A stretch of DNA of 64,000 nt, counting the filler, from Piptocephalis cylindrospora (lineage: Eukaryota), in NCBI GenBank assembly GCA_003614145.1. It is 5 parts of 5 records of this genome, joined end to end, with 100 filler letters (N's around TTAATTAATTAA, not from the genome) between each part and the next. Parts side by side here need not be neighbours in the genome. Positions count along the whole stretch, not along the records: positions 53,645 to 64,000 come from KZ988042.1; 4 more parts are not named here. One strand, given 5' to 3'. Positions within the stretch are counted from its first letter, which is position 1. Each line of letters begins with the position of its first letter. Both the position numbers and the translations under genes were made by a program. Below are positions 61,084 through 64,000 of the stretch, piece by piece. Below the pieces are notes generated by a model that saw only the letters and a list, made by a program, of their open reading frames with translations, did not search any database and had not been told where the DNA came from.

Positions 61084-63456
61084 ATGTACAACCCTCGTCA
61101 ACACCGTGGAAGGCCTATCATTCGCCGTCCCAACACGAAGGTGGCACCTTTCACTGCTGGTCTTACCACCCAGAAAGTTCCGGGCTCGCCATCTTCTCGT
61201 CTCAATTTGCCCACTGCCCCAAGAGCCATACTGACTGTGAAAACCTTTATTACCCGGGCCACGTCTCCCACCGCCTCCACCGCCTCAGCCAAGGCCGAGG
61301 ACCCCCGTCCTACCTCCCCCTTCACCAAGCTCCCCACCGCTCCAAGGGCTATGTTGGCGGCGAAAGCCTTCTTTTCCCGGGCCACCTCCCCCATCCCTAT
61401 CGTAACCCCGGCCAGCCCAACCGGAGGCCATCAGGAGCATGAGAAGGCCATCAAGAAGATGTCAAAGGTAGAGGAGGAGAGGAAGAAGGTAGAGGAGGAG
61501 AGGAAGAAGATGGAGGAGGAGAAGAATAAGATGGAGGAGGAAAAGAATAAGATGGAGGAGGAAAAGAATAAGATGAAAGAGGAGAATAATAAGATGAAAG
61601 AGGAGAAGGAAAAGATGGGAGAGAAGATGAGGAAGATGGAAGAGGAGAGGAAGAGGCTTGAAGATGAAAAGAAAATCGTGGAGGAAGAGAAGAACAGAGT
61701 GGAGAAGGAGAAGGAAGCCGTCCGGGAGGAAAATGAGATCCTGGATATGGAGACAAGGATGATGGAGGACGAGAGAGAGAGAGAGAAGGAGAAGGAAGAT
61801 AAGAGGGAGAAAGAATGGGAGGAGATAATGAAAGTGGAGAAGGATAAGATCAGGGAATGGGATGAAGTGAATAAGGCGGAGAGGAAAAGGAATGACGAGA
61901 TGGTAAAGATGAGGGAAGAGGAGAGGAAGGAAATCACGAGGATGAGAGAGGAGACGAGGGAAGAGATGATGAAGATCAAAGAAGAGATAATGGGGCTGAA
62001 GGAGGAGAGGAAGAAGGAATTAGTGAAGATGAGAGAGCAGAAGAAGGAGGAAACAGCGAGGATGTATGAGGAGATGACAAAGACGAAGCAGGAGATAGCG
62101 AGGATGGATGAGGAGAGAAAAGAGGAGATAATGAAGATGGTGAAGGAAAGGAAAGAATATAAGATGAAGATGGAGGAAGAGATGGTGAAGGCGAAAAAGG
62201 AGATAGTGAGGATGAAGGAAGAGAGAAGGGAGGAGGTAGTGAAGATGGGAAAGGAGAGGAAGGAGGAGATGGTGAGGGCGGAAAAGGAAAGGAAAGAAGA
62301 TAAGGCGAGGATGGATGAAGAGATGGTGAAGGCGAAAAAGGAGATAGTGAGGATGAAGGAAGAGAGAAGGGAGGAGGTAGTGAAGATGGGAAAGGAGAGG
62401 AAGGAGGAGATGGTGAGGGCGGAAAAGGAAAGGAAAGAAGATAAGGCGAGGATGGATGAAGAGATGGTGAAGGCGAAAAAGGAGATAGTGAGGATGAAGG
62501 AAGAGAGAAGGGAGGAGGTAGTGAAGATGGGAAAGGAGAGGAAGGAGGAGATGGTGAGGGTGGAAAAGGAAAGGAAAGAAGATAAGGCGAGGATGCATGA
62601 GGAGAGGGTGAGTGCGCAGAAGGAGGTGATGAGGATGAAAGAGGAGAGGAAGGAAGAAATGATGAGGATGAATGAGATGATAAAATCAATGGAGGAACTG
62701 GAGAAGAACGAGGATACAATGGAGGCAGAGAAGGAGGCATGGAAGCAAGCTGAGAAGAAGAGGATGATGATGAGGATGAGAAGGATGAGAAGGGTGACAA
62801 GAGTAAGAAGGGGGGATGGAGTAAATGCTAAGGTTAACATAACGGTCCCCGATGTTATCCCCCGATCTGTTCCCATCACCCCTCTTTCCCCATCTCGCCT
62901 CATTCGATTTTCCTTCGTGCTTCTCTGCTACATCTTACTACTGCCCCTTCTCATATTTGCCGTTGACATCTTTACCATCAAGGTGGAGATGCTCATGGGG
63001 AAGGGAGAGGAGATGACACTCTCGCCCCTCTACTCCTTCCTTTGGCCTGGATCCGGAGGCGCCACCCTTGAGGAGGCCAAGGCGACCCTCTGGAAGGTAA
63101 CCTACCTTGTCTTGGGATGGATGCCGACGCCCCCCCCATGGCATGCCACCATCCAGGAGATGACCCTCCTTCGTTTGGCCTCTCTCCCCGTCCGAGTCTC
63201 CGTCCGTCGGGAAGTCCTGGAGAGGGGTATACTCCTCCTGGGCGGGCCAATGGAGACGGCTGTCTCCTTTCTCCCCTTTCTCAACTCCCTGCTCCACCAC
63301 CCAGCCGTACCAAGCGAGTTGCTCGAATGCTTCCTTGGGAACATGGCCCCCGCCCTCACCGTCGCTGTAGCCTCGACTGTTGAAATCTGGCGTGAGTGTA
63401 CGTGTGCCCTGGGATGGATGGTCCCAAGCCTGATCCATTGGCTTGGGACATTTTAA
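61084..63456 (+). CDS. Orphan long coiled-coil protein with internal repeats and C-terminal hydrophobic region
   Basis: About 790-aa ORF from ATG 61084; duplicated LPTAPRA..L..K.F..RATSP motif, MEEEKNK heptads, three 47-aa (141-nt) repeats from 62176, TM FSFVLLCYILLLPLLIFAV. Confidence 0.7.
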   Translation: MYNPRQHRGRPIIRRPNTKVAPFTAGLTTQKVPGSPSSRLNLPTAPRAILTVKTFITRATSPTASTASAKAEDPRPTSPFTKLPTAPRAMLAAKAFFSRATSPIPIVTPASPTGGHQEHEKAIKKMSKVEEERKKVEEERKKMEEEKNKMEEEKNKMEEEKNKMKEENNKMKEEKEKMGEKMRKMEEERKRLEDEKKIVEEEKNRVEKEKEAVREENEILDMETRMMEDEREREKEKEDKREKEWEEIMKVEKDKIREWDEVNKAERKRNDEMVKMREEERKEITRMREETREEMMKIKEEIMGLKEERKKELVKMREQKKEETARMYEEMTKTKQEIARMDEERKEEIMKMVKERKEYKMKMEEEMVKAKKEIVRMKEERREEVVKMGKERKEEMVRAEKERKEDKARMDEEMVKAKKEIVRMKEERREEVVKMGKERKEEMVRAEKERKEDKARMDEEMVKAKKEIVRMKEERREEVVKMGKERKEEMVRVEKERKEDKARMHEERVSAQKEVMRMKEERKEEMMRMNEMIKSMEELEKNEDTMEAEKEAWKQAEKKRMMMRMRRMRRVTRVRRGDGVNAKVNITVPDVIPRSVPITPLSPSRLIRFSFVLLCYILLLPLLIFAVDIFTIKVEMLMGKGEEMTLSPLYSFLWPGSGGATLEEAKATLWKVTYLVLGWMPTPPPWHATIQEMTLLRLASLPVRVSVRREVLERGILLLGGPMETAVSFLPFLNSLLHHPAVPSELLECFLGNMAPALTVAVASTVEIWRECTCALGWMVPSLIHWLGTF

Positions 63457-63589
63457 CCAATCACTATTCTGAATCCATGGTAAGACTTGATTTTTTATTT
63501 AGTTTTAACTTTATTCTTAATTCAATTCAATCTAACCATCCGACACGTTAGCTATGTGAGACGCAATGGAGATGGCTGGGGCTGAGGAG

Positions 63590-63866
63590 AGATGATGAGG
63601 AACAATGGGTTCAATGACAAAAGCGTCAGAGGACGAGGGGGGCGGCAAAGCATAATGAATGGAAAGAAACAGGCGGTGGAGGACGAGGAGAAATGGTGAG
63701 GAACAATGGGTCCAATGACAAAAGCGTCAGGGGACGAGGGGGGCGATAAAGCATGATGAATGCAAAGAAACAGGCGGTGGAGGACGAGGAGAAGTGATGA
63801 GGAATAATGGGTCCAATGACAAAAACGTCAGAGGACGAGGGGGGCGGCAAAGCATGATGAATGCAA
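63590..63866. repeat. 101-bp tandem repeat, about 2.7 copies
   Basis: CAATGACAAAA at 63612, 63713 and 63814; the period is not a multiple of 3, so it is probably non-coding. Confidence 0.9.
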
Positions 63867-64000
63867 AGGGACAAGCATTGGAGGATGATGTGGAATTAAG
63901 GTGGTGGAAAGAGTAATTAAGAAAAGGATGATGACATGAATAACGTTTATACTGAGTGTTCCCTTTTTTTTTCCACGAAAAATTTACGTGGCACAAAGAT

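Noticed and set aside
61431..62903. 490-aa antisense Ser/Phe/Ile/Leu ORF and overlapping ones
   Set aside because: Shadow of the purine-rich coiled-coil repeat; the pyrimidine strand lacks stops by composition.

Overview
Eukaryotic fungal DNA with short GT-AG introns and dense gene packing. The window is not one locus: five unrelated contigs (1-13378, 13479-26846, 26947-40223, 40324-53544, 53645-64000) are joined by artificial 100-bp spacers (N44-TTAATTAATTAA-N44), and the three complete ones fall in length (13368, 13277, 13221 bp). Gene content and style suggest an early-diverging fungus, possibly a zoopagalean mycoparasite such as Piptocephalis; this is inference and unverified. Housekeeping genes are CCT3, an HDHD1-like HAD phosphatase, sphingolipid C9-methyltransferase, stomatin, Asn-tRNA synthetase, ERV2, MOG1, COX15, NOP15, MPS1, BI-1, a DUF3712 protein, IMA1, RPT5 and TOR. 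Five accessory signals stand out. (1) A head-to-head pair of intronless, mutually homologous secreted proteins (14376-16451 minus; 18271-20853 plus), each with signal peptide, dibasic Kex2-type site, Gly-rich hydrophobic hairpin reminiscent of pore-former/translocator proteins and a shared beta-rich domain: a candidate two-component pore or translocon. (2) A ~170-nt strongly folding element at 25561-25748 with strand-specific G-U pairs, a TATA box and a T-run, possibly an unannotated ncRNA. (3) A secreted-protein gene whose frame continues through two stop codons. (4) A tandem 4-Cys secreted repeat protein. (5) A dispersed (TAG)n-AAAYAGCGAAATGT motif bracketing an orphan membrane-protein ORF. 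A decayed Tc1 transposase is also present.
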